From a virus: a DNA stretch of 64,000 nucleotides. This document shows, in pieces, positions 30,273 to 39,248 of this stretch. Location of the stretch: positions 32,006 to 96,005 of IMG/VR virus record IMGVR_UViG_3300035199_000659; one strand, written 5' to 3'. The position numbers and the translations under genes are program-made. The notes below the pieces were generated by a model. It was not told the origin of the DNA and did no database searches. It saw only the letters and a list, made by a program, of their open reading frames with translations. The first letter of the stretch is position 1. Each line of letters starts with the position of its first letter.

Positions 30273-31558
30273 TATGCCACCTCCAACAGGTGCCAAGTTT
30301 TATATCCCTTGCGAGTTTCCCAAGAGCCGTGCTTCTCAATTATTTCATCCATCAATTTAATCCATCCATTTTCATAATTTTCAAAATTGTAATTCTTAAC
30401 TACATGCCCCTTGCCTTGGGCTGCCCACTTCTTGTAAGTTTTGCTCGAGGCTTTAAGGGCAGTAGTAAGTGCCTTATCAAAGCTCTCTTGTGAGATTCTG
30501 TCTTCATAAATATAAGGAACTGATAGAGAGCCGATTATTGTTTTCGACGCCGGTTCGATGGCGAGGCCAAACCAATCCGTACCATTTGTGATTTGCTCCT
30601 TAAGGCCGCCTGTCATATTGACTATGATTGGGGTACCGCACGATAGCGATTCCAAAGTGGATAGGCCGAAACCCTCTGCATCGGAAATGTTGATGGTGTA
30701 ATCAGCAACATTATACATATTTGCCAATTCTTCTGGGGCTACTTTGTTGGTTGATAGCATCACTTGTCCGTCAGCCACTCCTACATGATCAATAAGATGT
30801 GGTAAGTCTTGACCATGTTGATCTCGGGCATCGGTGTGCATTAATAGGCATGCCTTATCGTGACCCACCTTGTCTAGCCACTCTTTAAACCACCAAATAA
30901 TAGTCCCACTCTGCTTACGGCGTGCATTGCGATTATTCCAAAAGAATATCTTCTTATTCATATTCTTATGGCTGTTTGTTGACTCAATACAAATCCTCTT
31001 TCTAAGAGTCTTTAGGAAGTCTTTCTGCTCCCGAGTCTTCTGCTTATAAAATATATTTGAATTAACCGCATGTGGAAGGTAGCACGAACTTACCTCTGGG
31101 GCGACTTGCTTAAGAATCTCATGTGTGACCTTGGATATACAAACCACTTCGTCGGTTGAACGATAGAAATTGGCGTTATAATGGGGTGCTGGGAAGTTGT
31201 CCCATACATGGTAATAAACCATCGGCACATTCGGCCTAATTTCGTTCTCAATCTCCCACAGCCATCCGTAGAAACGGGGATCCGTCATAAACCACAGTAC
31301 ATCAGGCTTCTCTTTTTGCAAGATGGAGCGAATGATCTCATGGTTACCATAGCCGTCAACTGGAAACACTCTCCAGTCTTCGCCCCATGGGTCAACAGTC
31401 TGTGGCTGATAACTGTGGTGCTTCATGGCACCTCCCAAGCATACTACTTGATAGCGCCCAGTTTTTAAAAGTGCCTCAATCATATATTTGGTTTGGGTAC
31501 CGACGCCAGATGGCGACAGCGGATGGTCAGAAAGGACCAAAATCTTCTTTTTCTTCAT
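30272..31558 (-). CDS. GT4 glycosyltransferase
   Basis: NRNARRK, AEGFGLSTLESLSCGTPII. Confidence 0.9.
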   Translation of the reverse strand: MKKKKILVLSDHPLSPSGVGTQTKYMIEALLKTGRYQVVCLGGAMKHHSYQPQTVDPWGEDWRVFPVDGYGNHEIIRSILQKEKPDVLWFMTDPRFYGWLWEIENEIRPNVPMVYYHVWDNFPAPHYNANFYRSTDEVVCISKVTHEILKQVAPEVSSCYLPHAVNSNIFYKQKTREQKDFLKTLRKRICIESTNSHKNMNKKIFFWNNRNARRKQSGTIIWWFKEWLDKVGHDKACLLMHTDARDQHGQDLPHLIDHVGVADGQVMLSTNKVAPEELANMYNVADYTINISDAEGFGLSTLESLSCGTPIIVNMTGGLKEQITNGTDWFGLAIEPASKTIIGSLSVPYIYEDRISQESFDKALTTALKASSKTYKKWAAQGKGHVVKNYNFENYENGWIKLMDEIIEKHGSWETRKGYKTWHLLEVA

Positions 31559-31565
31559 TTATTCC

Positions 31566-32336
31566 TCATGGGCAGTGTTCTGTCCCGTAAAATTTACAAC
31601 CAAATCCCGACGTGCAGGATAATTTATTCTTAATATAGCGCTTTTTCTTAATATTGTATAGTGCTGTATTTAAGGTTTTTAGAGCGTTCTTAGTTTTCTG
31701 CGGGCCACTCGTCACCCGAAAGAATTCAACGCGATTCTTTTTTGCAGTTCTCTTAAGTAGTGCAAAATGCGTTTCTATGTGTTTTGGATCTACATCCATT
31801 TTCTGCGCAAAAAAGTGTTTATAAAGTGTTAACTGGTATGTTGTCATTTTATCCGAGCGGCGGCGGGCGTCCCAACCCCAAGAGCATGTTTTCCAGTCAA
31901 AAATGTGGATTTTATCATCCGGGGTTTTAACCACGGCATCAATATACCCCTTAAAGACATGTTCATCGTGCCCCTCAATCGGCTCATAAAGCGGCATTTC
32001 GACCGCAAGGACCTCATATTCTTCAAAATATTGGTCTAGGGCGCCTTGGATCTCTGGGATAAGCTGTCCCCCTTGGGTGCGCATGTCTTGTATAAGCTTC
32101 TCATCGATCGCAATGTCGTCATCTAACTCTTCAATACATTTTTCGAATTCTTGAATGAAATATTCTTCGTCTACTTCCTCTTGCAAAAGCTTCTTTTCGC
32201 AGACACTATGGACTGCTGTTCCAAAGGCCGTGTATGCGTTGCCCTTGAATCCGTCGATCTTGTCGACTCTTGTTAATTTGTGATAAAAAGCACAGAAAAC
32301 CCAATCTTTGAGTTCCGAGTATGATATATGTGCCAA
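31566..32336 (-). CDS. PD-(D/E)XK exonuclease, Cas4/AddB-like
   Basis: SYS...C, GTAVH, GYID, DWKT, QLTLY, three C-terminal Cys; TTG start behind an AGGAG RBS. Confidence 0.85.
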   Translation of the reverse strand: MAHISYSELKDWVFCAFYHKLTRVDKIDGFKGNAYTAFGTAVHSVCEKKLLQEEVDEEYFIQEFEKCIEELDDDIAIDEKLIQDMRTQGGQLIPEIQGALDQYFEEYEVLAVEMPLYEPIEGHDEHVFKGYIDAVVKTPDDKIHIFDWKTCSWGWDARRRSDKMTTYQLTLYKHFFAQKMDVDPKHIETHFALLKRTAKKNRVEFFRVTSGPQKTKNALKTLNTALYNIKKKRYIKNKLSCTSGFGCKFYGTEHCP

Positions 32337-32358
32337 AATTTCTCCTATATTCAGTCTT

Positions 32359-32387
32359 ATTATAACCGCCTGCGGAACTAATGTCAA
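32359..32387 (-). promoter_or_regulatory. Sigma70 consensus promoter
   Basis: TTGACA-17 nt-TATAAT directly upstream of the nuclease and glycan island. Confidence 0.85.
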
Positions 32388-32391
32388 GAGA

Positions 32392-33072
32392 TTATTTATC
32401 GTTCTTGTGCAAAAAGGCTATTTTTTTGTATAATTCCGGCGAAACTACTCGAAAATAGTTATGGTCAGACTCCATGAAAAAATCCGTGAATCCCGTCGCG
32501 AAGTATTCTCTTAGAGATGTCGGTGCATATACATTTATAAACATTCCCTCAATAAGCAGTGCAAGTTTATCATACCCCACCTTATTAAGAAGAAAATCAT
32601 CAAACTCTAAATTGTATTCCAAGTCTGTAAAAAATGCTTCTGGTGCTTTAATATCGTGGGCCCAGAGAACTTGGTGTAGTTGCAGACGCTTTTTTAGAAA
32701 TTCATTCTCTAATTTCTTATCTCCGTAAATGTCAAAACCGTAGGGCTCTTCCAGCGAGTGGGAGATTTCATGAACGACGTCGTCTATCATATCTTCAACA
32801 TTGTCTTGCTCGTTGGTAATATGCAAGCAGCCATCGCTATAAAAGGCATTAAGTTGTCTCTTTTCAAATTCCTCGAACCAGCCAATAATAATCATTTCTA
32901 CTTCTGACAACAAGTGATGGGGTATCAGCTCTTCTACTTTGGCTACTACATCTTCTGCACCCACGGTGTCTGGCAGAGGATCCTTAATATACACGTGTAT
33001 GCCCGTGGACGTGTAAAAGTCTTGCGCCCTATCTATGGCTTTCTTGTGGCTTTCTTTCAAGTAATTCAGCAT
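32392..33072 (-). CDS. Zincin metallopeptidase-like protein
   Basis: HEISH plus downstream EYFA third ligand. Confidence 0.7.
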   Translation of the reverse strand: MLNYLKESHKKAIDRAQDFYTSTGIHVYIKDPLPDTVGAEDVVAKVEELIPHHLLSEVEMIIIGWFEEFEKRQLNAFYSDGCLHITNEQDNVEDMIDDVVHEISHSLEEPYGFDIYGDKKLENEFLKKRLQLHQVLWAHDIKAPEAFFTDLEYNLEFDDFLLNKVGYDKLALLIEGMFINVYAPTSLREYFATGFTDFFMESDHNYFRVVSPELYKKIAFLHKNDK

Positions 33073-33310
33073 CGTTCAATCCTATTTGATATCCACGTAC
33101 AAAGTTCTCTTCTGCGAAAGCAAAAACGAACTCGGGAAAGTCTAATGCCAACACTTCAGCGATCATGTTGACAGTGACCTCTTCATTATCTAGTTTGGTT
33201 CCAACATACTCAACCAGATACTTCTTCAACTCGGAATCTGGTTCTACCGGCATGGCCAGCATTGGGTTTTGATGGATTTCTTCTTCTGTTTTTGTTATTT
33301 CTTCACTCAT
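33029..33310 (-). CDS. Hypothetical protein
   Basis: AGGAG RBS; operon context. Confidence 0.6.
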   Translation of the reverse strand: MSEEITKTEEEIHQNPMLAMPVEPDSELKKYLVEYVGTKLDNEEVTVNMIAEVLALDFPEFVFAFAEENFVRGYQIGLNDAELLERKPQESHR

Positions 33311-33365
33311 AATAAGCGCTCCTTTATTTAATATAACACAAAATAAGCGATTGTTTATTTCTTTT

Positions 33366-34703
33366 TTATAATACTTTTGAAGCCAACGTTGCCAATTCCG
33401 ATCTTTCGCCCTTTTTAAAGGTTACGTGGCCCGAAATTGTGTGGCTTTTAAAATTTTCTACGGCATGGGCCAGACCGTTTGATGTTTCGTTGACATAGAC
33501 ATTGTCAATTTGTTCTACGTCGCCGGTCAATACAATCTTGGTATTCTCGCCTATTCTTGTAATTATAGTCTTAATCTCGTGCTTTGTCAAGTTCTGAGCT
33601 TCATCAATAACAATAAAGGCATTTGAGATGGACCGACCGCGGATATATGTCAGGGCTTCAATCTCAATTTTGCCCTTGTCCATATACATCTCTAAGGACG
33701 TCCTATCGCCCATGAGGAACTTCAAATTATCTTGGATGGGCATGAGCCATGGTAACATTTTTTCTTCCATTGTGCCGGGCAGGAAGCCTATGTCTCGGCC
33801 CATTGGCTGTACAGGTCTAGACACTATAAGGCGCGAATAGTGATTATTCTCTCCGTGAAGGCCAATCGTCTGCTGAAGACCTGCTGCGATGGCACATAAA
33901 GTTTTACCCGAGCCGGCTCGGCCGACTAAAGAGACTAATTTAATATTAGGATCCATCAGCATGTCAATTGCGAAGGCCTGCTCTTTGTTTCTAGAGTTAA
34001 TTTTCCAATCTGAAATTCGATCATAAATTATTCGCAGCAACGGGGTGTGGTGATTTACGAACCGTGCGATGCACGATTTTTTTGGATTTGAGTTTGATAT
34101 AAGAAGAAGGTATTGATTGGGATACCATTTTTCTTTAGTTTCATCGGCGCCGATATATAATTCTTCGCCCTCGTAAAATCTTTCAACAAACTGGTCATCC
34201 ACTAAGACTTCGGAGAATCCCTGAAATAACTCATCGGATGAGGTAACGGCTTTTTCCGACACATAGTCTTCAGCCATTATCCCAATTGAGTCACAGATAA
34301 CTCGCATGTTAATATCGCGGCTAACAACAATAGTTTTGCGGTTTGGGACCTCCATCTGAACGACTTTGCCAGTGGCAATAATCGCGTGGTCTGGCACCCT
34401 CATATCTAGATCGGGGGGGAATACAACATCCTTCAGAGCTTCATAGGACATCACTTTGAGAATACCTTTACCCTTGCTGATTCTGACGCCACGTTCCAAG
34501 CTTCCTTTTTGTCGAAGCTCATCTAAAGAGCGAATTATCTTGCGAGCATTGATGCCCACAGAATCTTGTCTTTTCTTGTGTTTGTCAATCTCTTCTAATA
34601 CTTTTAAAGGTAAAAATAAATCGTGATTATCAAACTTATATATTGCATCTGCATCTGTCAGGCATACACTTGTATCTAACAGATAGTTCTTTTTAATGGC
34701 CAT
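33366..34703 (-). CDS. phoH: PIN-PhoH family ATPase
   Basis: N-terminal PIN (LDTSV, EEID, SRDIN); GRAGSGKT, GFLPG, YIRGRS, DEAQN, GDVEQID. Confidence 0.93.
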   Translation of the reverse strand: MAIKKNYLLDTSVCLTDADAIYKFDNHDLFLPLKVLEEIDKHKKRQDSVGINARKIIRSLDELRQKGSLERGVRISKGKGILKVMSYEALKDVVFPPDLDMRVPDHAIIATGKVVQMEVPNRKTIVVSRDINMRVICDSIGIMAEDYVSEKAVTSSDELFQGFSEVLVDDQFVERFYEGEELYIGADETKEKWYPNQYLLLISNSNPKKSCIARFVNHHTPLLRIIYDRISDWKINSRNKEQAFAIDMLMDPNIKLVSLVGRAGSGKTLCAIAAGLQQTIGLHGENNHYSRLIVSRPVQPMGRDIGFLPGTMEEKMLPWLMPIQDNLKFLMGDRTSLEMYMDKGKIEIEALTYIRGRSISNAFIVIDEAQNLTKHEIKTIITRIGENTKIVLTGDVEQIDNVYVNETSNGLAHAVENFKSHTISGHVTFKKGERSELATLASKVL

Positions 34704-34727
34704 GGCTCCCCATATAACTGGTCACTT

Positions 34728-35051
34728 CTAATTAGTGCGGCTTTTTGATTTAGTTCTTCTTCGATGGCGCTTAAGAGGCTTATTCCTGCTTATTTTTTTA
34801 ATAATGTCGTTCTCATAGGTAAAGGTATCCATGTTGTCGGGATGCTTAAAGGGGATACCCCATCGTTTTCTAAGTAATTCTGCTTCTTCTGGATATATCA
34901 AAACACACTCCCAGCCGCTATAAGGGGGCCAGTCCATAGTGCGGCCTTTTCGGCCCTTAACTTCTACTCTTTCGATAAGCCTCACATGAACAGGGGGTAT
35001 GGCGTCTCCTGCGCATGACTTGATCAAAACTATATCACCTATTTCATACAT
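34728..35051 (-). CDS. Small SH3-like protein
   Basis: MYEIGDIVLI, basic tail. Confidence 0.55.
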   Translation of the reverse strand: MYEIGDIVLIKSCAGDAIPPVHVRLIERVEVKGRKGRTMDWPPYSGWECVLIYPEEAELLRKRWGIPFKHPDNMDTFTYENDIIKKISRNKPLKRHRRRTKSKSRTN

Positions 35052-35058
35052 AATATAA

Positions 35059-35133
35059 TGGAGCGGGTGACTGGATTCGAACCAGCGACAACCACGTTGG
35101 CAACGTGGGACTCTACCACTGAGTTACACCCGC
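35059..35133 (-). tRNA. tRNA-Gly(GCC)
   Basis: GCGGGTG...CCACG TTGCCAA CGTGG...GGTTCGAATCC...CACCCGC T CCA. Confidence 0.95.
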
Positions 35134-35256
35134 AAATGTTTTGGAGCTATAGGTGAGACGTTAAAGGATAGAAAGAGATATATACAAAGCAAATAATGCG
35201 CCTACTATTATAAACAACACGGCTTCCCAAAGTCTCTCTGTCATATCGTATATAGG

Positions 35257-35329
35257 CTGGGGCAACTGGATTCGAACCAATAACTTCCTGAGTAACAGTC
35301 AGGCGTTCTGCCAATTGAACTACACCCCA
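35257..35329 (-). tRNA. tRNA-Asn(GTT), CCA not encoded
   Basis: TGGGGTG...CCTGA CTGTTAC TCAGG...TTCGAAT...TGCCCCA G; followed by CCT. Confidence 0.88.
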
Positions 35330-35333
35330 ATAA

Positions 35334-35433
35334 CCGGTTATTCTGCCGCGGGCTAGGAAACCGGGAAACCTCTGCCTACGTGAGGGTCGGGCAGCCCCCT
35401 GCCGTTATTATAGCCCGACGGCACAGCGGGCTA
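35334..35433 (-). ncRNA. Candidate structured RNA (two tandem H-type pseudoknots plus hairpin)
   Basis: GC-rich ~100 nt non-coding stretch with explicit complementary segments (see findings). Confidence 0.55.
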
Positions 35434-35440
35434 AAAGTGT

Positions 35441-35644
35441 TTATTCTATTTTCGTATTGTTTTTCCAATCAAGCCAAAAGCCAAGCCCAACCATCATGTG
35501 CATAATAATTGAGCTTGATAATTCTATCATATCATGGTAGTCGTTTAGATGTAGATGAACATGGCCAACAATCCAGAATGGAATTGCAAATTGTTGACTG
35601 TACCATACTAACGAGAATCTTAAAAATTCTCTAATTTTAACCAT
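35441..35644 (-). CDS. Small membrane protein
   Basis: Two hydrophobic segments, His-rich. Confidence 0.55.
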   Translation of the reverse strand: MVKIREFLRFSLVWYSQQFAIPFWIVGHVHLHLNDYHDMIELSSSIIMHMMVGLGFWLDWKNNTKIE

Positions 35645-35834
35645 CGACGCGGTTAGTAAGATATTCTACATCTTTAGCCACATCAGATTTGAATCTATTG
35701 ACTTCGGCGCGTAGGACGGCGATCTCATCAGTCAGATTGCTAATGCGAGATAGTGCCTTAGATAGTGTCTCTTTCTGTGCTGCAACCGTCTTTTTAAGTT
35801 GAGCGGTTACCTTTGTATCGGTTGTTGTTGCCAT
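35637..35834 (-). CDS. Small coiled-coil protein
   Basis: AGGAG RBS before MATTT; heptad pattern. Confidence 0.6.
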   Translation of the reverse strand: MATTTDTKVTAQLKKTVAAQKETLSKALSRISNLTDEIAVLRAEVNRFKSDVAKDVEYLTNRVDG

Positions 35835-35884
35835 GTTTTTCTCCTTTTTTTTAAAAAATAGCTTCCACATATGGGCTCTCATGG

Positions 35885-35961
35885 TGGCTCCCGCTCGCAG
35901 ACTCGAACTGCGGGCCCTCTGATTAACAGTCAGATGCTCTAACCAGCTGAGCTAAGCGGGA
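35885..35961 (-). tRNA. tRNA-Asn(GTT)
   Basis: TCCCGCT...TCTGA CTGTTAA TCAGA...TTCGAGT...AGCGGGA G CCA. Confidence 0.95.
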
Positions 35962-35973
35962 ATACACATAGGT

Positions 35974-36002
35974 AGTATAACTTAATGTTCTCATAATGTC
36001 AA
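35974..36002 (-). promoter_or_regulatory. Sigma70 promoter for the tRNA cluster
   Basis: TTGACA-17 nt-TATACT, 12 nt before tRNA-Asn. Confidence 0.85.
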
Positions 36003-36008
36003 ATTAAA

Positions 36009-36590
36009 TTATATCTTTTCTTCAATTTTTTGTCGGATTGCAGACTCACTAAAGCCGGATATGTCACCATAAATCTTTAAATTTCTATCCACAAATAAAA
36101 ATGTTGGCCATGACATAATTGCGTAACCACTATCATATGAATAATCTATCAAACCGCGGAAGCCTTGCAATACCGGAGCATCTGTAATTCCAAACGATGA
36201 TGACCAGCTTGTGGCATCTTCTACATCCACGGTCTCACCTGCCGAGTCATCAATCAGTACAGTGACATACTGAAACCCCTGTGGGGTAAATTCATCTACT
36301 GTATTTTGGACGGTTGAAGCAGCCATCTGACATGGGCCGCACCACATAGCGGAAAAATCTAACACTATCACATCTCCTTCGTAGTCATGAAGTTGCCAAA
36401 TCTGATCATTTTGATCTCGAAGCACCAAATTACAAATAAAATCGCCGGGTTTCTGACTGCAGTAATCGTTTGCATGCACGCCCAAGGCTGGTGGTGTGGT
36501 GTCAATGCTTGGCTGGCCCGTCTCTAAGATTACTTTCGTAGGCGAACACCCAATCAAGCCCAATAACAATAGTGCATATTTTCTAATCAT
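36009..36590 (-). CDS. TlpA/ResA-like thioredoxin lipoprotein
   Basis: Lipobox LIGC; DFSAMWCGPC; WPT cis-Pro loop. Confidence 0.85.
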   Translation of the reverse strand: MIRKYALLLLGLIGCSPTKVILETGQPSIDTTPPALGVHANDYCSQKPGDFICNLVLRDQNDQIWQLHDYEGDVIVLDFSAMWCGPCQMAASTVQNTVDEFTPQGFQYVTVLIDDSAGETVDVEDATSWSSSFGITDAPVLQGFRGLIDYSYDSGYAIMSWPTFLFVDRNLKIYGDISGFSESAIRQKIEEKI

Positions 36591-36696
36591 CTAGAGATAT
36601 ATATGAACTTATTTGAATTCCCATAGATAATCTTTCCATATTTCATTGATTTGTTCTTTTTGGCAGTTAAAACTATTAATCGAGAAACGATGTGCT

Positions 36697-37191
36697 CTAT
36701 TTATCCGAAATTTTTGGTGTTGATCTGACAGGGGGGACCTCAAAATCTCGTTGAGGCTTTACTAGATCGGAAGAACTCTGCAGTTTTTCCTCTCCTCCAA
36801 TTCCCCACAACAATTCAACACCTAATTCATCACATACGTCTTGTTCTGGTGTATTTGACTTCCCCCGATCGCCACCATTCGCAAAGTAGGTAGGTTTCAG
36901 GCGGCGGATTGCCTTGCAGACAGTCCCATCGGAGTCGTCTACAGAATCAACTAACACAACGCCCTTAATGGCGTTTAGTATTTCCACTCGGCGCTCGTAC
37001 TCCATAAACACAAAGCCTTTTTTGCGCCATAGCCAAGCATCAGAGTTCGCTATTACAATAACATCGCCAAATTTGGCGGCGGATCGGATCATACGAATGT
37101 GGCCGGCATGTACGGGATCAAAGCCTCCTGACACCATTACTGTTGGTTTTTGCGGTTCCCCATTATCAAACATTTTTTTATGAACAGTCAT
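36697..37191 (-). CDS. Cytidylyltransferase-like (HxGH) nucleotidyltransferase
   Basis: SGGFDPVHAGH, NSD, NGGDR, SSS. Confidence 0.88.
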   Translation of the reverse strand: MTVHKKMFDNGEPQKPTVMVSGGFDPVHAGHIRMIRSAAKFGDVIVIANSDAWLWRKKGFVFMEYERRVEILNAIKGVVLVDSVDDSDGTVCKAIRRLKPTYFANGGDRGKSNTPEQDVCDELGVELLWGIGGEEKLQSSSDLVKPQRDFEVPPVRSTPKISDK

Positions 37192-37192
37192 A

Positions 37193-38008
37193 TTATCTCC
37201 TGTATTGTAGTTCTTCTAATATATAGTTTTCAATTATTTCTATGGTCTCTTCGGGGCTACTAGTTTCAAAACTGTGGCCTGAATTTTTAAGAAGCTCGAA
37301 GATCTCATAGTCGTTTCCCTCAACCCCACATCGATCGCCCACAAACCAAAATTCCCACTTAGATTTGTCAAAGTGATTTAAGGCGTAAGTTTTGTCCCAA
37401 TCAATTGGATAAATATCGAAGGAGGTGTTTCCTCCCAACTTGACAGTCACTCCTATGTTCTGTTCCATCAGCTGTTTTTTCAGAGCTTGTATATACTTTG
37501 TTCGGATTCCGTACAGCTTGTCCAAGGCCTTAAACTGATTTCGATCACAAGGGAGTGCATTTCTTCCTATGGGACACCAGTTTAGCATCGAATTTCTATT
37601 TTGAATAAAGTTGCCAGTGAGGGGCATATCACTTATTTCATGAACCAAGTCAGATTGAAAGGAGCATAGCATTTTGAGTAATTCTCTAAATTGATTTTCA
37701 CCAATTTCATCTTTCATCGAGCCTTTATATATTGTTTGCACATTGAAGTCTGGTGGCCCAGTCGGAATTGCATATTCTGTACCATTACATGGTAGAAGGT
37801 GGCAATTATCTCGAATTATGGAGTCGTTGAGGGCTGGCCATAATTGTTCTTTGATATATTCCATGCCGCTGCCAGTAAGAAAGCCTATTTCAGCATGCCG
37901 GCACAATTCCCGCAAAAGAATGATCATCGGCATAGTAATAGGCAGTCTGGCCTCTGTCAGAGTGCCGTCTACATCAAAAAGAATTAGAGGGTTAGGAGTA
38001 TTTGTCAT
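37193..38008 (-). CDS. Phosphomannomutase, HAD-IIB (eukaryote-type PMM)
   Basis: LFDVDGTLT, PIGR, GGNTSFDIYP..WDKTY, GDR...GNDYEI. Confidence 0.85.
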   Translation of the reverse strand: MTNTPNPLILFDVDGTLTEARLPITMPMIILLRELCRHAEIGFLTGSGMEYIKEQLWPALNDSIIRDNCHLLPCNGTEYAIPTGPPDFNVQTIYKGSMKDEIGENQFRELLKMLCSFQSDLVHEISDMPLTGNFIQNRNSMLNWCPIGRNALPCDRNQFKALDKLYGIRTKYIQALKKQLMEQNIGVTVKLGGNTSFDIYPIDWDKTYALNHFDKSKWEFWFVGDRCGVEGNDYEIFELLKNSGHSFETSSPEETIEIIENYILEELQYRR

Positions 38009-38054
38009 TAATCACACATATTATTATAATCACTTTTAGTGTCTTGTAAAGGAA

Positions 38055-38372
38055 TTATTTTTTTATCCATGTTTTTAAATGTGGAGAGTAAGCTAATCGA
38101 TATGAGCACATTTCTTCTAATAGAACATCGCGATCTACAAATATGTTTTCTTCATATTCCATATAATCAAGGATATCTATGACCTGACCCTCTTTTTCAT
38201 TATTTTCATATTTGTATGAAAGGAGTGCTTCGACTCTCTGGTTAATGTCGGTAATTGCTCTTTTGTGTTCTTGCTCATTATTAAATTTAAGAAAATCAAT
38301 TGTAAATTTTGCGAGAATTGTTAAAGATAGTGCCGATATAAAACACGCGATGTAAACAGAAACTGGTAGCAT
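38055..38372 (-). CDS. Membrane-anchored hypothetical protein
   Basis: N-terminal TM helix. Confidence 0.55.
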   Translation of the reverse strand: MLPVSVYIACFISALSLTILAKFTIDFLKFNNEQEHKRAITDINQRVEALLSYKYENNEKEGQVIDILDYMEYEENIFVDRDVLLEEMCSYRLAYSPHLKTWIKK

Positions 38373-38440
38373 TCATAAGCACCTCTATGGTAGATTAAGT
38401 TGCGGCTTGATGGTTCTGGGCCACTGTAATTAGTCACAAT

Positions 38441-38923
38441 CTAATCTTTTGTTGTCTCATCACAATTGTCATAGAGCATATTGTATAGAAACCCCGGTGA
38501 TAAATCGGTACAGTCAAAAATTGCCTTTTTTTGCCAACTCACAACATCAGACAACATTAAGGCATATGCTATCCACTCACTGCAATACCATCGATTTCGC
38601 TGTTTAATATGAAAAGGTACAAACTGAGATAAGAACATACCGATCCAATCATATCTACAACCTGCCGTCTGTTCATAAAATTTTAATATTGTGTGATATT
38701 GTTTTTGTGTAACTTCAAAGGTTAAGAAATCCCATTCATTTTTGTTGTAAGTCAGCTTTGGGCGTGCGGTTACCTTGCAATTAACGAATGGGCTAATCGA
38801 TATCCACGTGATGTTATCCGGAAGCACTAATTCTGCATGACTATATGGGCTTGCTGTCCACCAGCTAATTAACCGGTTGTGCCAGCAGTCGACTCCTTTA
38901 TAGAAAGCAATTCTAATGTTCAT
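38441..38923 (-). CDS. Permuted NlpC/P60 (YaeF/YiiX-like) amidase
   Basis: YSHAEL...YD...WYCSE (His before Cys). Confidence 0.8.
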   Translation of the reverse strand: MNIRIAFYKGVDCWHNRLISWWTASPYSHAELVLPDNITWISISPFVNCKVTARPKLTYNKNEWDFLTFEVTQKQYHTILKFYEQTAGCRYDWIGMFLSQFVPFHIKQRNRWYCSEWIAYALMLSDVVSWQKKAIFDCTDLSPGFLYNMLYDNCDETTKD

Positions 38924-38929
38924 ATATGA

Positions 38930-39130
38930 TTATTTTTCCATTGGATAAAGATCTGATTCGCGGGCTTTCTGATAGCGATCATCGCCCTCATTAATATATA
39001 TTTCATAATCGTATAAAGATCTATCACTTTTTGGAAGAACATATAAAATAACAGCTTTTTTTGGACTGCTTAAGACCGGATTATCGGCAAATTGATCGTA
39101 CATCACCCATTCGTCTACCCGATATTTCAT
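38930..39130 (-). CDS. Small SH3-like protein
   Basis: MKYRVDEWV...YEIY...ESDL. Confidence 0.5.
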   Translation of the reverse strand: MKYRVDEWVMYDQFADNPVLSSPKKAVILYVLPKSDRSLYDYEIYINEGDDRYQKARESDLYPMEK

Positions 39131-39248
39131 CTTCAGCCTCTTCTTCTTCAATGCACATGACACATATAACTTCGTCTTCAATTATCTGGTATTCACCGGG
39201 ATAGACACACGTGTCACATAAATCACATATTTTTATACTAAGGTTCAT
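39081..39248 (-). CDS. Small zinc-finger protein (55 aa, not in ORF track)
   Basis: MNLSIKICDLCDTC...VICVMCIEEEE: two CxxC pairs; overlaps neighbours in operon fashion. Confidence 0.5.
   Translation of the reverse strand: MNLSIKICDLCDTCVYPGEYQIIEDEVICVMCIEEEEAEDEISGRRMGDVRSICR

Noticed and set aside
35400-35443. Stop-codon readthrough or frameshift signal (TAA, ~7-nt spacer, pseudoknot)
   Set aside because: Readthrough adds only 10 codons before another TAA and no in-frame slippery heptamer is evident; an RNA-level role is more plausible
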